62,592 nt of DNA, from the NCBI GenBank assembly GCA_009784345.1, contig WRBW01000002.1, positions 1 through 62,592 of the forward strand. Reading direction: 5' to 3'. Source of the stretch: Coriobacteriia bacterium (GTDB lineage: Bacteria; Actinomycetota; Coriobacteriia; WRKU01; WQUG01). The notes under the pieces are model-generated. The model was not told where the DNA came from and did not search any database. It saw only the letters and a program-made list of their open reading frames with translations. This document shows, in pieces, positions 8,490 to 17,521 of this stretch (position 1 is its first letter; each line of letters starts with the position of its first letter). Made by a program: the position numbers and the translations under genes.

Positions 8490-9894
8490 CGCGCAAAGCA
8501 AAAGTGCTGCCCCTCTGCTGGACGTACTCACTCTGGTGAGCTCCGACAAACGCTTTCCTCTTGATTTGACTCAACTGATGTCGTCAGGCGCGGTTCGCCT
8601 CGTGCACACTTTTCGCACGGGTAGCGAGTGCCTGCGCTCTTTGAGCCTTGAAGATCGGGCAGCCACGCGGGTCGTCATCATCGACAAGCTCGTGTCTGAC
8701 ATTTCACCGGCAAACCTCTGTGACGCCCTTCGGGCCAGTTACCCATCCCTCAGTGTCATCCTGGTGTGTGAAGCAGATGAGGTCGAAGGTGTTCAGCGTG
8801 CCATGCTGGCAGGCGCCAAGGCTACCATTTCTCGCTCTGCTGGCGTCGGCGAGCTCCAACGCACACTCGAGCACCTCATGGATGCAGCAGTGCACAGCTC
8901 CGGCCAGCAGCCGGTGTTTTCCCCGGCCACTTCTGGTCAGCGTGGGGCCACGTCCCATCATGGGCACTACGTCGATGCCGCGCAACACCGTGGCGTGGTC
9001 GTACCCATCATGGGGGCAAGAGGCGGCGCCGGTAGGTCGGTGCTTTCAAGTTCGCTTGCCTATTTGGCCGCGCAGGCACAAATCGATGTTGCCCTGATAG
9101 ATTTTGACCTTCAATTTGGGGACCTCGGCTTTCTTTTTGGCTCAGAATCTCCTGATTTATCTGATTTTCTCGAAGACGTGGCTTCCCCCAGTTCTGGTTC
9201 TGCAGGCTTTCCTGACGCGAACCAGCTTGGGCTGGCAGCAGCTGACAATTTGCATAAATACGGCAAGCAGATCTCTTCCCATCTGCGTCTTTATGCCCCG
9301 CGCCCTGTGCCTGAAAAGACGCAGACGATGGCACAGCTGCTGCCAGCCGCACTCGATAGATTATGTCTGCAACATGAGCTGCTTATTATTAATACCGGTG
9401 CCTACTGGACGCTCTTTCACGCAGAACTGTTGGAGCACAGTGACCTTGCCGTCTGCCTTTTTGACCAAAGCATTGTGGGAATTCGGGCTACGACTCTGTT
9501 TCGAGACCTCTGCAAAAGGACGGGTATTCCTGCCTCGCGTCTGATTTCTGTCATGAATCGCGCTACCACCACGGGACTGTGTCCCGCGGAGGTCGCACAG
9601 GTCCTCCAGGTCGAGAAAGTCTTTCGTATTCAGGATGCAGGCCCTGAGCTGACCGCTCTTTTTGACAGCGGTGATCTGTCAGGCCTTGATGCGCAGGCGA
9701 CCTTCATGTCAGAGCTGCTCGAGATCCTCACAGAGCTCGCAGTACACAGCGATCTGGTCATTCACGACACCCTGTCCATGCGATATGCCATGCGCAGGGA
9801 GGGTGGGAACCGTCTGAATCGCGATACCAACAAGGGAAAGTCTGGCATGAATGCGAGCCCCTTTGCCAGAAAGGGGTTGTTTGGTCGTGCGTAA
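8482..9894 (+). CDS. tadZ: TadZ/CpaE-like pilus assembly ATPase-fold protein (receiver-like N-domain plus ParA/MinD-like domain)
   Basis: The ATG at 8482 overlaps the cpaB stop. N-terminal CheY-like segment (VVIIDKLVSD...VILVCEAD). Deviant P-loop GARGGAGRS lacks the signature Lys. Sits directly before tadA. Confidence 0.7.
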   Translation: MNSAQSKSAAPLLDVLTLVSSDKRFPLDLTQLMSSGAVRLVHTFRTGSECLRSLSLEDRAATRVVIIDKLVSDISPANLCDALRASYPSLSVILVCEADEVEGVQRAMLAGAKATISRSAGVGELQRTLEHLMDAAVHSSGQQPVFSPATSGQRGATSHHGHYVDAAQHRGVVVPIMGARGGAGRSVLSSSLAYLAAQAQIDVALIDFDLQFGDLGFLFGSESPDLSDFLEDVASPSSGSAGFPDANQLGLAAADNLHKYGKQISSHLRLYAPRPVPEKTQTMAQLLPAALDRLCLQHELLIINTGAYWTLFHAELLEHSDLAVCLFDQSIVGIRATTLFRDLCKRTGIPASRLISVMNRATTTGLCPAEVAQVLQVEKVFRIQDAGPELTALFDSGDLSGLDAQATFMSELLEILTELAVHSDLVIHDTLSMRYAMRREGGNRLNRDTNKGKSGMNASPFARKGLFGRA

Positions 9895-11197
9895 AAAACT
9901 CGAAGAACTCAAGGCTCAGCTCTATACGGTTCTTTCGCCAGAGTGCATCGCGGACATGCTGCGCGATGACACAGACATGGCTCGCAAAGAGGTCGAGGAA
10001 ATACTGCGCCGCCTCGCCACTTCAGGCCCGAGCCGCGTTGCTTCGCGAACTCAGCGCGATCGCCTGATTGCACTTGCCGCAAGTGAAGTGCTGGGACTGG
10101 GTGTCATTGACCACCTGCTTGCAGACCCCAGCGTCACCGAGGTCATGGTCAACGGGCCAGACCAGATTTATTTCGAGCGAGAGGGCAAAACCCTGCTGTG
10201 CCCTGACAGCTACGCATCAGAGGAGCAGCTACGCACGACTATAGACAGAATCATATCGCCTCTGGGGCGCAGAATCGATGAGCAAAACCCCATGGTCAAC
10301 GGTCGTCTTGTCGCAGGACATCGCGTAAATGCCGTCATCCCACCGATATCACTTTCTGGGTCAGTTCTAACTATTCGCAAATTTAGCGAGAACACCCTTT
10401 CCCTTGAGGATATGGTGCAGGCAGAGTGCGTCCATGGTCCCGTAGCTACGCTGCTGTCGTGGGCGGTTGCTGCAAAGCAAAACATTGCCGTCAGTGGCGG
10501 GACGGGCAGTGGCAAGACGACCTTGCTTAATGCCCTGTCGCTTGAAATCCCTAGTGGCGAGCGCATCATTACCATCGAGGATTCTGCCGAGCTCAAGTTT
10601 TCTCGCCACCCCCATGTTGTAAGGCTCGAGGCGCGTCCTGCAAACCTCGAGGGAAAGGGTGAAATAAGCTTGCGTGACCTGGTGATAAATAGTCTGCGCA
10701 TGCGCCCTGATCGCATCGTTGTGGGTGAAGTGCGTGGTGCCGAAGCACTTGAAATGCTCCAGGCCATGAACACAGGTCATGACGGATCGCTGACCACCTT
10801 GCATGCCAATACGCCCTCCGAGGTGGTGACGAGGCTCATTACCATGGTGGGTTACGGAGTAGAGCAGTCACAAAGCCAGGTAGAGTCCCAAATAGCGGCA
10901 GCACTTGATTTGATTGTGCATGTCCAGCGCTGTTCTGATGGTTTGCGCCGCATTGTTGAGGTCGCGCAGATGAGCAGACGAGACCATGGCGGAAAGCTCA
11001 GCTTAGTCCCTATCTATCGTTTTGTCCAGACAGGTAGTTCTCCGGGTGGCAGGCTCGAGGGTGAGCACGTCCATAGTGCTGAGCCCAGCTTTGTTTCGCA
11101 GCTTGAGTCTCAGTGCTTGGCAGGAGCAGAAGAGATTGCGCAGTGGAGAGCTGTCGTCGATGGTCAAAGTGCGGACAAGGAGGCTCTTTATGCTTGA
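9851..11197 (+). CDS. tadA: Tad secretion ATPase CpaF/TadA (VirB11 family)
   Basis: Walker A GGTGSGKTTLLNAL, Asp box IITIEDSAEL, Walker B DRIVVGEVRG, His box TGHDGSLTTLHAN. An alternative GTG start at 9887 overlaps the tadZ stop. Confidence 0.9.
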   Translation: MRAPLPERGCLVVRKKLEELKAQLYTVLSPECIADMLRDDTDMARKEVEEILRRLATSGPSRVASRTQRDRLIALAASEVLGLGVIDHLLADPSVTEVMVNGPDQIYFEREGKTLLCPDSYASEEQLRTTIDRIISPLGRRIDEQNPMVNGRLVAGHRVNAVIPPISLSGSVLTIRKFSENTLSLEDMVQAECVHGPVATLLSWAVAAKQNIAVSGGTGSGKTTLLNALSLEIPSGERIITIEDSAELKFSRHPHVVRLEARPANLEGKGEISLRDLVINSLRMRPDRIVVGEVRGAEALEMLQAMNTGHDGSLTTLHANTPSEVVTRLITMVGYGVEQSQSQVESQIAAALDLIVHVQRCSDGLRRIVEVAQMSRRDHGGKLSLVPIYRFVQTGSSPGGRLEGEHVHSAEPSFVSQLESQCLAGAEEIAQWRAVVDGQSADKEALYA

Positions 11198-12197
11198 GAG
11201 CTCTTTTACCTCTGAGCTGGTGCGCTGGGGATTTTTCATTGCAGCCTTAGTGCTCTTCAGTCTTACTGCAACGCTGCTTGCAAACGCTCTTTTGCTCGCA
11301 CTGCGGCGTGCTCAAAAACGGCATACCCTCACGCGCCGCCTTCATGAAAGAGTGGATGATGCCAGCACCTCGCAGAATGAAGACTCATTATTCAGGCGCG
11401 CCTTAGCACCGCAGATGGCCCTTGCTCAGCAATTGAATCGCTTTAGCTGGGGCAAGAGAATCCTTCGCCTAATGGAAAGAGCTGGCCTCGGCGACAGAGT
11501 CGAGCCCTGCCTGCAGTGGTGGCTTCTCTCGATGCTCGCCATGAGCACCGTACTCTTGCTGGTAATGCACTTTTCTGTACTTGCTTTGTCGGGAGCTCTT
11601 CTTTTTTGCATCATGACGCTGGTGTATCTGCAATCGCTTGCTGATAAGAGAAAGCAACTTCTGCGCGCAGGGCTTCCCGACATGCTTGATGAGCTTGCGC
11701 AGTCTCTGCGAGCCGGGAGGTCACTGCCTCAGTCATATCGCCTCGTCAGTGAGGCACAAGGGCCAGAAAGCGCTGTGGTCGATGTGCTGCGGCGACTTGA
11801 TGCAAATGCGCAGCTCGGCAGATGCGCAGCTCGCGGACTCAGCAAGCTCTCAGAGCTTCGTGATGTGCGAGAACTTAAGTCGATTGCTTCTGTTATAGAA
11901 ATAAGCTCGCGCGTTGGTGGTAGTACTCCGGCCCTTTTTGAGCAAAGTGCCACGACCATCAGGCAGGACCTTATGCTGAACAACAAGCTTCTGGTGCAAA
12001 CGGCACAAGGGCGCAGCTCAGTTCGCTTGGTGGGTGCGGTGCCCTTTGTGCTCATTGGCTTTATGTCCCTGCTCATGCCTGGCTACCTTTTGGCCTGGCT
12101 CTCGACCCGTGGAGGACAGCTTCTCTTTGCCCTTGCCCTTGTTCTGATCGCCCTCGGGTTTTTCTGGGTCAGAAGTATTGTCAACATCAAGGTCTGA
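11190..12197 (+). CDS. tadB: Tad inner-membrane platform protein TadB (T2SSF family)
   Basis: The ATG at 11190 overlaps the tadA stop; the longer ORF from 11022 lies inside tadA. TM - cytoplasmic T2SSF-like domain - TM topology (LPDMLDELAQSLRAGRSL). Confidence 0.75.
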   Translation: MLESSFTSELVRWGFFIAALVLFSLTATLLANALLLALRRAQKRHTLTRRLHERVDDASTSQNEDSLFRRALAPQMALAQQLNRFSWGKRILRLMERAGLGDRVEPCLQWWLLSMLAMSTVLLLVMHFSVLALSGALLFCIMTLVYLQSLADKRKQLLRAGLPDMLDELAQSLRAGRSLPQSYRLVSEAQGPESAVVDVLRRLDANAQLGRCAARGLSKLSELRDVRELKSIASVIEISSRVGGSTPALFEQSATTIRQDLMLNNKLLVQTAQGRSSVRLVGAVPFVLIGFMSLLMPGYLLAWLSTRGGQLLFALALVLIALGFFWVRSIVNIKV

Positions 12198-12216
12198 TGA
12201 GGGAAGGAGCAAGCTC

Positions 12217-12975
12217 ATGACAAGCTTAGAAATCAGCGTTATCTTCGCCCTACTGTGTATACTTGCCGGCGGCGCAAGTATATGCATGCTTGCTCTCTGT
12301 GTGCTGAGATCGGTCAATACTCCTCGCCGCAGAGCCCTGCGCAAACTGCAGCTCTTATCGCAGGCGAAGGGGGCGCAAGCAGAAGCGGCGCAATCGACTC
12401 ATAAAAGACTCGCTCCACAGCTCTCTGAGTTCTTGATAGCCCTCTCGGGCCTGCCCATCATCCGCCTCTTGACGAAAACTCTTGCGGAAAAGATCGAAGA
12501 AAAGCAGGCACAGGTACTGCGCGAGAGCTGCATGAATGACTTGCCAGAGATGGTGGACATCCTGTCGCTTTCCATGGGCGCTGGGCTTTCTGTTGACCAA
12601 TCTTTCGAGTGGTATTTGTCGAGCTACGACACTCCTCTTGCAGGACAGATCAGACAGGCAGAGCAGGCCTATCAAGTGGGGATGCTCTCGCGCATAAGAG
12701 CCTTCGAACAACTGGCACAGTCACTACAAGAAGAGGCAGTTTTGCGCTTTGTAAATGCCCTGCGGCAAGCCTTTACCTTAGGAGCACCCCTCGGTCCTGC
12801 CCTTGCCGTGCTCTCGCACGAATTGCGCTCCTATCGAGTCGTTCGCATAGAAGAGCGCATCGCTAAGACTTCGGTAAAGATACTGGCACCCTTAGGGCTC
12901 TGCATCGTTCCAGCGGTTTTGATACTACTCATGGGCCCCGTGATGTCTCAAGTCATGGCCGGATTTGCTTGGTAG
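12217..12975 (+). CDS. tadC: Tad inner-membrane platform protein TadC (T2SSF family)
   Basis: ATG at 12217 is preceded by GGAAGGAG. Motif LPEMVDILSLSMGAGLS, with C-terminal TM helices. Confidence 0.75.
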   Translation: MTSLEISVIFALLCILAGGASICMLALCVLRSVNTPRRRALRKLQLLSQAKGAQAEAAQSTHKRLAPQLSEFLIALSGLPIIRLLTKTLAEKIEEKQAQVLRESCMNDLPEMVDILSLSMGAGLSVDQSFEWYLSSYDTPLAGQIRQAEQAYQVGMLSRIRAFEQLAQSLQEEAVLRFVNALRQAFTLGAPLGPALAVLSHELRSYRVVRIEERIAKTSVKILAPLGLCIVPAVLILLMGPVMSQVMAGFAW

Positions 12976-13017
12976 ACGCAGGATTAGAAAAAAAACACAT
13001 AAGAGAGAGGAAGTCAC

Positions 13018-13257
13018 ATGAAGAACCTTATCGACATTTCAGTAGGACTGGCGAGCTCTGTTGCCGGCAAGCTTGCACAACTGCCCGCAGCCTTTGTGAG
13101 GAGGGCTCAATCTGATTCAGGTCAGGGGGTTTCCGAGTACATCATTATTCTGGCGGTCATTGTCATTGCCTGCATTATTTTGGCCGTTGCCTTCCATGGA
13201 CAGCTTGAAAGCCTGTGGAGTTCAGTGACCGGCAAGCTCGGTGCGATTCCCCAATGA
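13018..13257 (+). CDS. flp: Flp-family prepilin
   Basis: RBS GAGAGAGGAAG. Class-III signal SGQGVSEYIIILAVIVIACIILAV fits the G/XXXXEY Flp processing motif followed by a hydrophobic helix. 79 aa. Confidence 0.8.
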   Translation: MKNLIDISVGLASSVAGKLAQLPAAFVRRAQSDSGQGVSEYIIILAVIVIACIILAVAFHGQLESLWSSVTGKLGAIPQ

Positions 13258-13529
13258 GTTTTCAGGTGATGGACGCGCTCCGAAAAATGATTATGAAAAT
13301 ACGGAAAATCACAGCTCATATGCGGGACGACAACGGTCAGGCAAGTACCGAGTATCTCATTGCAGCATCCGTTCTTTTGGTGATTATTGTGCTGCTAGCT
13401 GGTGCTGCTAATTACTTTGGGGGTGCCGACAGCAGGCCGCGGGCTCAGGCCATCAAGCGGGCGCCCTATACGCCCCTAACGAGCGAAGGGAGTGGCTTGC
13501 AATGGACACGCGACCTCTTGGTTCACTGA
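13254..13529 (+). CDS. Second Flp-like prepilin/pseudopilin
   Basis: NGQASTEYLIAASVLLVIIVLLAGA has the same G/QxxxEY motif. Start uncertain: the ATG at 13254 overlaps the flp stop as ATGA, and 13269, 13287 or 13320 are also possible. Confidence 0.6.
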   Translation: MSFQVMDALRKMIMKIRKITAHMRDDNGQASTEYLIAASVLLVIIVLLAGAANYFGGADSRPRAQAIKRAPYTPLTSEGSGLQWTRDLLVH

Positions 13530-14044
13530 CCGCTAAAGTGCGCGCTCGCAGCAGGAGGCAGTGGGGCTGGAGAGATGATTCTGGTCAGGCTTTGGCAGAG
13601 CTTCCTGTGGTGGTCATTCTGGTTTGTATTGTGATTATGATGCTCCTGCAGCCTGTTGCGACTCTTTATACAAAGATGGCATTGGGGCAGGTGGCTGCTT
13701 CAGTTGCCCGGGTGGTAGCTACTGAAACAGCTGATGTTTCAGGCAGCAGAGAGATTGCCTTGTCTGCCTATGCCCAAGAAAAGCTGGAGGGACTGCCTGC
13801 GGGTGCTGCCTTTCGCGTGCCAGGTACAACGCGCGTTCATATTCAGGGAAACGCACGGTCTGAGCTCATTGAGGTTGTCGTGTCGGTGCGCCAACAACCG
13901 CTACCCCTGATGGGTTTACTGGTCGGAGCCGGCATGCAGGGTGATCTTGAGGTGCGGGGACGCGCACGGACTAAGGGCGCTCAGGTGGGGGTGGTGGGAA
14001 GTCCCCGCGGCGCCCCCCAGAGCTTTGGCTATGTCAAACCTTAG
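13502..14044 (+). CDS. tadE: TadE-like pseudopilin
   Basis: N-terminal DSGQALAELPVVVILVCIVIMMLLQPV is a TadE-type motif and helix. 180 aa. Confidence 0.65.
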   Translation: MDTRPLGSLTAKVRARSRRQWGWRDDSGQALAELPVVVILVCIVIMMLLQPVATLYTKMALGQVAASVARVVATETADVSGSREIALSAYAQEKLEGLPAGAAFRVPGTTRVHIQGNARSELIEVVVSVRQQPLPLMGLLVGAGMQGDLEVRGRARTKGAQVGVVGSPRGAPQSFGYVKP

Positions 14045-14110
14045 GCGCAAAGAAGGGCGCATATGTGTGAACGTGCCTCCGTGCCCGCACATGAGGGGAA
14101 TAGGAATGTC

Positions 14111-16255
14111 ATGAGTATGTCATGGTTCAAAAACGATGAGGGGTCGACATCGCTTACGGTGGTCTTGGGAATCACCCTGAGCCTCGTCCTTTTGGCGTCG
14201 TCAGTGCAGTGGTACTGGATAAACTCGAGTTCGAGCGACATTCAGAGCGTGGCTGACATCAGTGTACTTGCAGCCTCTGATGTTACGGCTAAATCAGTAA
14301 TGTTTGTCCAGGCGTTGGACGCGATTTTGATGACGGCAAATCTCTTTGGGCTGGTATTGTATGCGCTGACCATCGTATCAGGGGTGAATATTAGCCTCAC
14401 AGGGGGTGTTGCGGCTTTGGGGGCTTCAGCCTTTTTTGCGCGCCTTTTGCACTACAACAAAGAGTATGCAAAGATGCGGCGAAGCTTAGCGAAAGAGTTC
14501 TATCGTCTTGCGAGCTGGGTCAATGTTGCGACCCCCTATCTTGCGGCCGGTCAAGCCTATCGCGTAGGGGCTGAAAATGCTCAGCATTTAGCACCTTTCA
14601 ACGACACGAGCTATCTTGCGGTAGCAATACCTTTTCCTGTAAAGGGAGAGCTGAGTTTGAGCGACTTTTCTCATGTTGAAGAGGGGCTGCACCAGGATAT
14701 CAGCGAAGCGGCAGAAGACAATGCTACTTCAGCAGAAAAGGTTAAGAGCCTCGAGGACCAGATTGAAAAAGCCATAGATGAGTGCTTCAGGCTGGATGTT
14801 TTTAAGCCTGCCGGTACGACGCGTCCGCACTGGGACCCTTTGCGTGCCATAGATGATTTTGAGCGCGGCTGGAAAGAGCAGAGAGATGAGGGTGCGACGC
14901 GCCAGTCAGACTTGCGACCTCTGTCCGGAAACGACAGCCATCGCAGCCAGCTGCAGCAGATATTCGATAGCAGTTATCGTGACATTGGAAATAAGCTCGA
15001 CTCCGAGGTCGGTGGTGTTTTAAGCCGTGCCCGCAGTTCAAAGGCTGCCAACTGCGCCAACATGAGTGCCTCGAGCCTCATGGCTTCACATCGCCAGACG
15101 CGCATATTCATGACGACGCTCGTGTCAGGCAGACCCACTGCCTACCACCTACGTTCTGATTGCCGAGGGCTGAGCAATGCAGGCGAAACAAATCCGCATA
15201 GGATGGAGACCGTCATGGGTGACACAGCGCGAACTCCCTGCCTTTTGTGCAGACCGCCGCACTGGCAGGCGATTGCAGCCTGGGAGGCTCAGCTGGGTTC
15301 TTATGTGCAGTCGTGGAACGCAGAGGCTGCTGCCCTGCGTCACTGGTACGCACTTAAAAACAGTCTCGAGTCAGAAAGAGAGGCCATCGCAGATCGCAGT
15401 AAATCGGCCTTTGATCAGCTCCTCAAGGATGCAAGCAGTTATCTGCGCGGTGGCAGACTGAGCTACACGCCTGCTGGTGCCAGGGGACATATCTGTGTTG
15501 TCGTTTCAACTAGTCAGCGCAACTTGCCTACTTTTAGCCTGCCTGGATTGACAGATTCGGGCGACGTCGTGCTGGGGCATCAGCTTGCTTTATCAGCCGC
15601 TCGGATGATGCCGTCTGAAAGCGAATCGACCATACCGCAACTTTTATCTGAATCTGCAGACGCAGCACCTCAGGCGCAAGAAGGTCTAGGAGCCGTGATG
15701 GGAACCCTCGTCAATGGGGGACAGCCTGCTGGCCCAAGCGGACTGGGCTCAGGAGCCCTCTTTGCCTTAAGTGTGTGGGGCAGCTGTCTCGAAGTGTACA
15801 CTTCTGCCCACTCTGGCCTTCACAACTTTGCAGCAGGTTTACCCTTGGGGCTCGACACCCTTGCGGGAAAGTCCTTGGCATCGCTTGAAGAGTTGGCGCG
15901 CGTATCACCACCTGATTTGCGAAGACCCGTGCCGACGCTTGTCAACACAGCCGAAGTTGGTGACCTGAACGCCGCAGGCATTGAAGGGGGTTTCGCACGT
16001 TTTTTGGGCTCAGCAAAGAGCGCCTTAAATGAGACGGGAGCCTTCACACCAGCGGGCATGGCGGCTCAAGTATCGCGCCTTCTTGATGAGCTCGACGATG
16101 ATCTAACAGCAAAGATTGACGAGTATGCAAGTATCACGGTCTTAGGAACAAAGGTGCCCCTGCCATTTGGCGAGCCCGTTCAAAAAATGGCTGCCACAGC
16201 CTTTGCGTCCCTGCGCAGCAGAAGAGAAGAGCTCTTTGCTGCTTTAGGCGGCTGA
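14111..16255 (+). CDS. Large TadG-like membrane protein of unknown function with an Ada-like Cys motif
   Basis: ATG at 14111 follows GAGGGGAATAGGA (the ORF track starts at 14063). N-terminal KNDEGSTSLTVVLGITLSLVLLASS resembles a TadG-type pseudopilin helix. Two further TM segments follow, then ~600 aa that I cannot assign. Motif YHLRSDCRGLS-x27-PCLLCRPPHW at nt 15143-15262. Confidence 0.5.
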   Translation: MSMSWFKNDEGSTSLTVVLGITLSLVLLASSVQWYWINSSSSDIQSVADISVLAASDVTAKSVMFVQALDAILMTANLFGLVLYALTIVSGVNISLTGGVAALGASAFFARLLHYNKEYAKMRRSLAKEFYRLASWVNVATPYLAAGQAYRVGAENAQHLAPFNDTSYLAVAIPFPVKGELSLSDFSHVEEGLHQDISEAAEDNATSAEKVKSLEDQIEKAIDECFRLDVFKPAGTTRPHWDPLRAIDDFERGWKEQRDEGATRQSDLRPLSGNDSHRSQLQQIFDSSYRDIGNKLDSEVGGVLSRARSSKAANCANMSASSLMASHRQTRIFMTTLVSGRPTAYHLRSDCRGLSNAGETNPHRMETVMGDTARTPCLLCRPPHWQAIAAWEAQLGSYVQSWNAEAAALRHWYALKNSLESEREAIADRSKSAFDQLLKDASSYLRGGRLSYTPAGARGHICVVVSTSQRNLPTFSLPGLTDSGDVVLGHQLALSAARMMPSESESTIPQLLSESADAAPQAQEGLGAVMGTLVNGGQPAGPSGLGSGALFALSVWGSCLEVYTSAHSGLHNFAAGLPLGLDTLAGKSLASLEELARVSPPDLRRPVPTLVNTAEVGDLNAAGIEGGFARFLGSAKSALNETGAFTPAGMAAQVSRLLDELDDDLTAKIDEYASITVLGTKVPLPFGEPVQKMAATAFASLRSRREELFAALGG

Positions 16256-16260
16256 GAATT

Positions 16261-16689
16261 GTGAGATACGTCTTTCTCAAAGACGAAGAGGGTCAGATGA
16301 CAACAGAACTTGTCATCATCATGCCCGCCGTCTTGCTCGCGCTCGTCATAATCGTAAATCTCGGCATGTTTTTTGCCGAAGCGGCACGCTTTGACCGTAT
16401 TGTCTGCGAGGTTGCGCGCATTATGGTGACCTCAGCAGTCGATCCGTCTGTCGCAGCCAGCACGACGCTTCATGATTCACTGAGTTATCCGGCGGGAAAA
16501 AGGGGGCCATACCGTGCAAGCGTTGTGGTGTCCGCGCGAAATGAGCTCGGCCTTCAGCCGCGCACGCTCCAGTTCAGGCTAGAATACGAGCTCTTCGGAC
16601 TATCCTTCCTTGCGCAAACTGGAATTGCGCATTCGCCCGTGTTGCGTAGAACAAAGACGCTCACGGTTTACTGGAGCAGCGGCTTGTAA
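16261..16689 (+). CDS. TadE/TadF-like pseudopilin
   Basis: EEGQMTTELVIIMPAVLLALVIIVNLGMFF has the G/QxxxEL motif plus a helix. GTG start at 16261. Confidence 0.6.
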   Translation: MRYVFLKDEEGQMTTELVIIMPAVLLALVIIVNLGMFFAEAARFDRIVCEVARIMVTSAVDPSVAASTTLHDSLSYPAGKRGPYRASVVVSARNELGLQPRTLQFRLEYELFGLSFLAQTGIAHSPVLRRTKTLTVYWSSGL

Positions 16690-16740
16690 GGGCTCTGGCA
16701 GTAATGGCTTGTAACACGGCAGCACAAAGAGAGGAACAGC

Positions 16741-17085
16741 ATGAAGATCAAGACGGTGAGTACCTTCTATGCACGCATGAAGGGTCTCTTGGGAACCAAC
16801 TACTGTCAGCTGGACTTTGACGCCCTTCATTTGCTTCCCTGCAAGGGAGTGCATACCTACGGCATGAACTACCCGCTCGACATTGCCTTTCTTGACAGGC
16901 GCAAAGTGGTCTTATCTACCCAGCGCTGCGTCGAGCCTAACAGGCTTTGTGCAAGTCCACGAGGGACCCACTCTGTTGTAGAGCGGCCAACGAGCCCCTT
17001 GCCCTGGCTCAAGGCAGGGGACCGTCTGTCTTTAGACGCAGGCGAAATAGCTGCGATTTACTACGCAGACCAATCGGAGAATTGA
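16741..17085 (+). CDS. DUF192-family protein
   Basis: ARMKGLLG ... VHTYGMNYPLDIAFLD ... HSVVERP ... LKAGDRLSL matches the remembered DUF192 pattern (GLM, fwMknt.pLDiiF, yvLE, aGd). Confidence 0.55.
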   Translation: MKIKTVSTFYARMKGLLGTNYCQLDFDALHLLPCKGVHTYGMNYPLDIAFLDRRKVVLSTQRCVEPNRLCASPRGTHSVVERPTSPLPWLKAGDRLSLDAGEIAAIYYADQSEN

Positions 17086-17099
17086 AAGAAGGAGAAGTC

Positions 17100-17291
17100 A
17101 TGAATCTCATGAAGACCTGCCCCATTTGCAGTGCAAAGGCCGTCAAGGGCGCCCGTACCTGCTTTGAGTGTTTTTATCGCTACTCTGATCAGTCTATCCG
17201 AGACGTCCATCCCTCGAGTTTTCTTAAACAAAACGGCCCTCTGAACGAGAGCAATTCAGCGCTTAGCATGAGCGTGCAGGCACGTCGTTGA
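17100..17291 (+). CDS. Small zinc-ribbon protein
   Basis: ATG at 17100 follows GAAGGAG. CPICS-x10-CFEC gives a CxxC...CxxC motif. 63 aa. Last ORF of the Tad operon. Confidence 0.5.
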   Translation: MNLMKTCPICSAKAVKGARTCFECFYRYSDQSIRDVHPSSFLKQNGPLNESNSALSMSVQARR

Positions 17292-17440
17292 CGTCTTCGC
17301 TTTGACCCAAGTTGAAACGGTGTTGCGTCCACCATATTCCCGCCTGTGATAAGGATTCGCCAAGTGAACACCTTGTCTTTATGCTTTCACCTGCTAAAGC
17401 GCACATATAATCAATACTTTCGTCATTTATACGTAGCGAC

Positions 17441-17469
17441 CTGCAATTTTAATAAAATCCTGCTATAAT
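17441..17469 (+). promoter_or_regulatory. Candidate promoter of veg with an extended -10
   Basis: TGCTATAAT at 17461-17469 (TGn plus a perfect TATAAT), a weak -35 CTGCAA 17 nt upstream, and an AT-rich UP-like tract TTTTAATAAAAT. Lies ~50 nt before the veg start. Confidence 0.5.
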
Positions 17470-17521
17470 ATTTCGAATGTTCGGGAACACTAACAGGGTA
17501 GTTTAGGGAAGCACGCAACAC

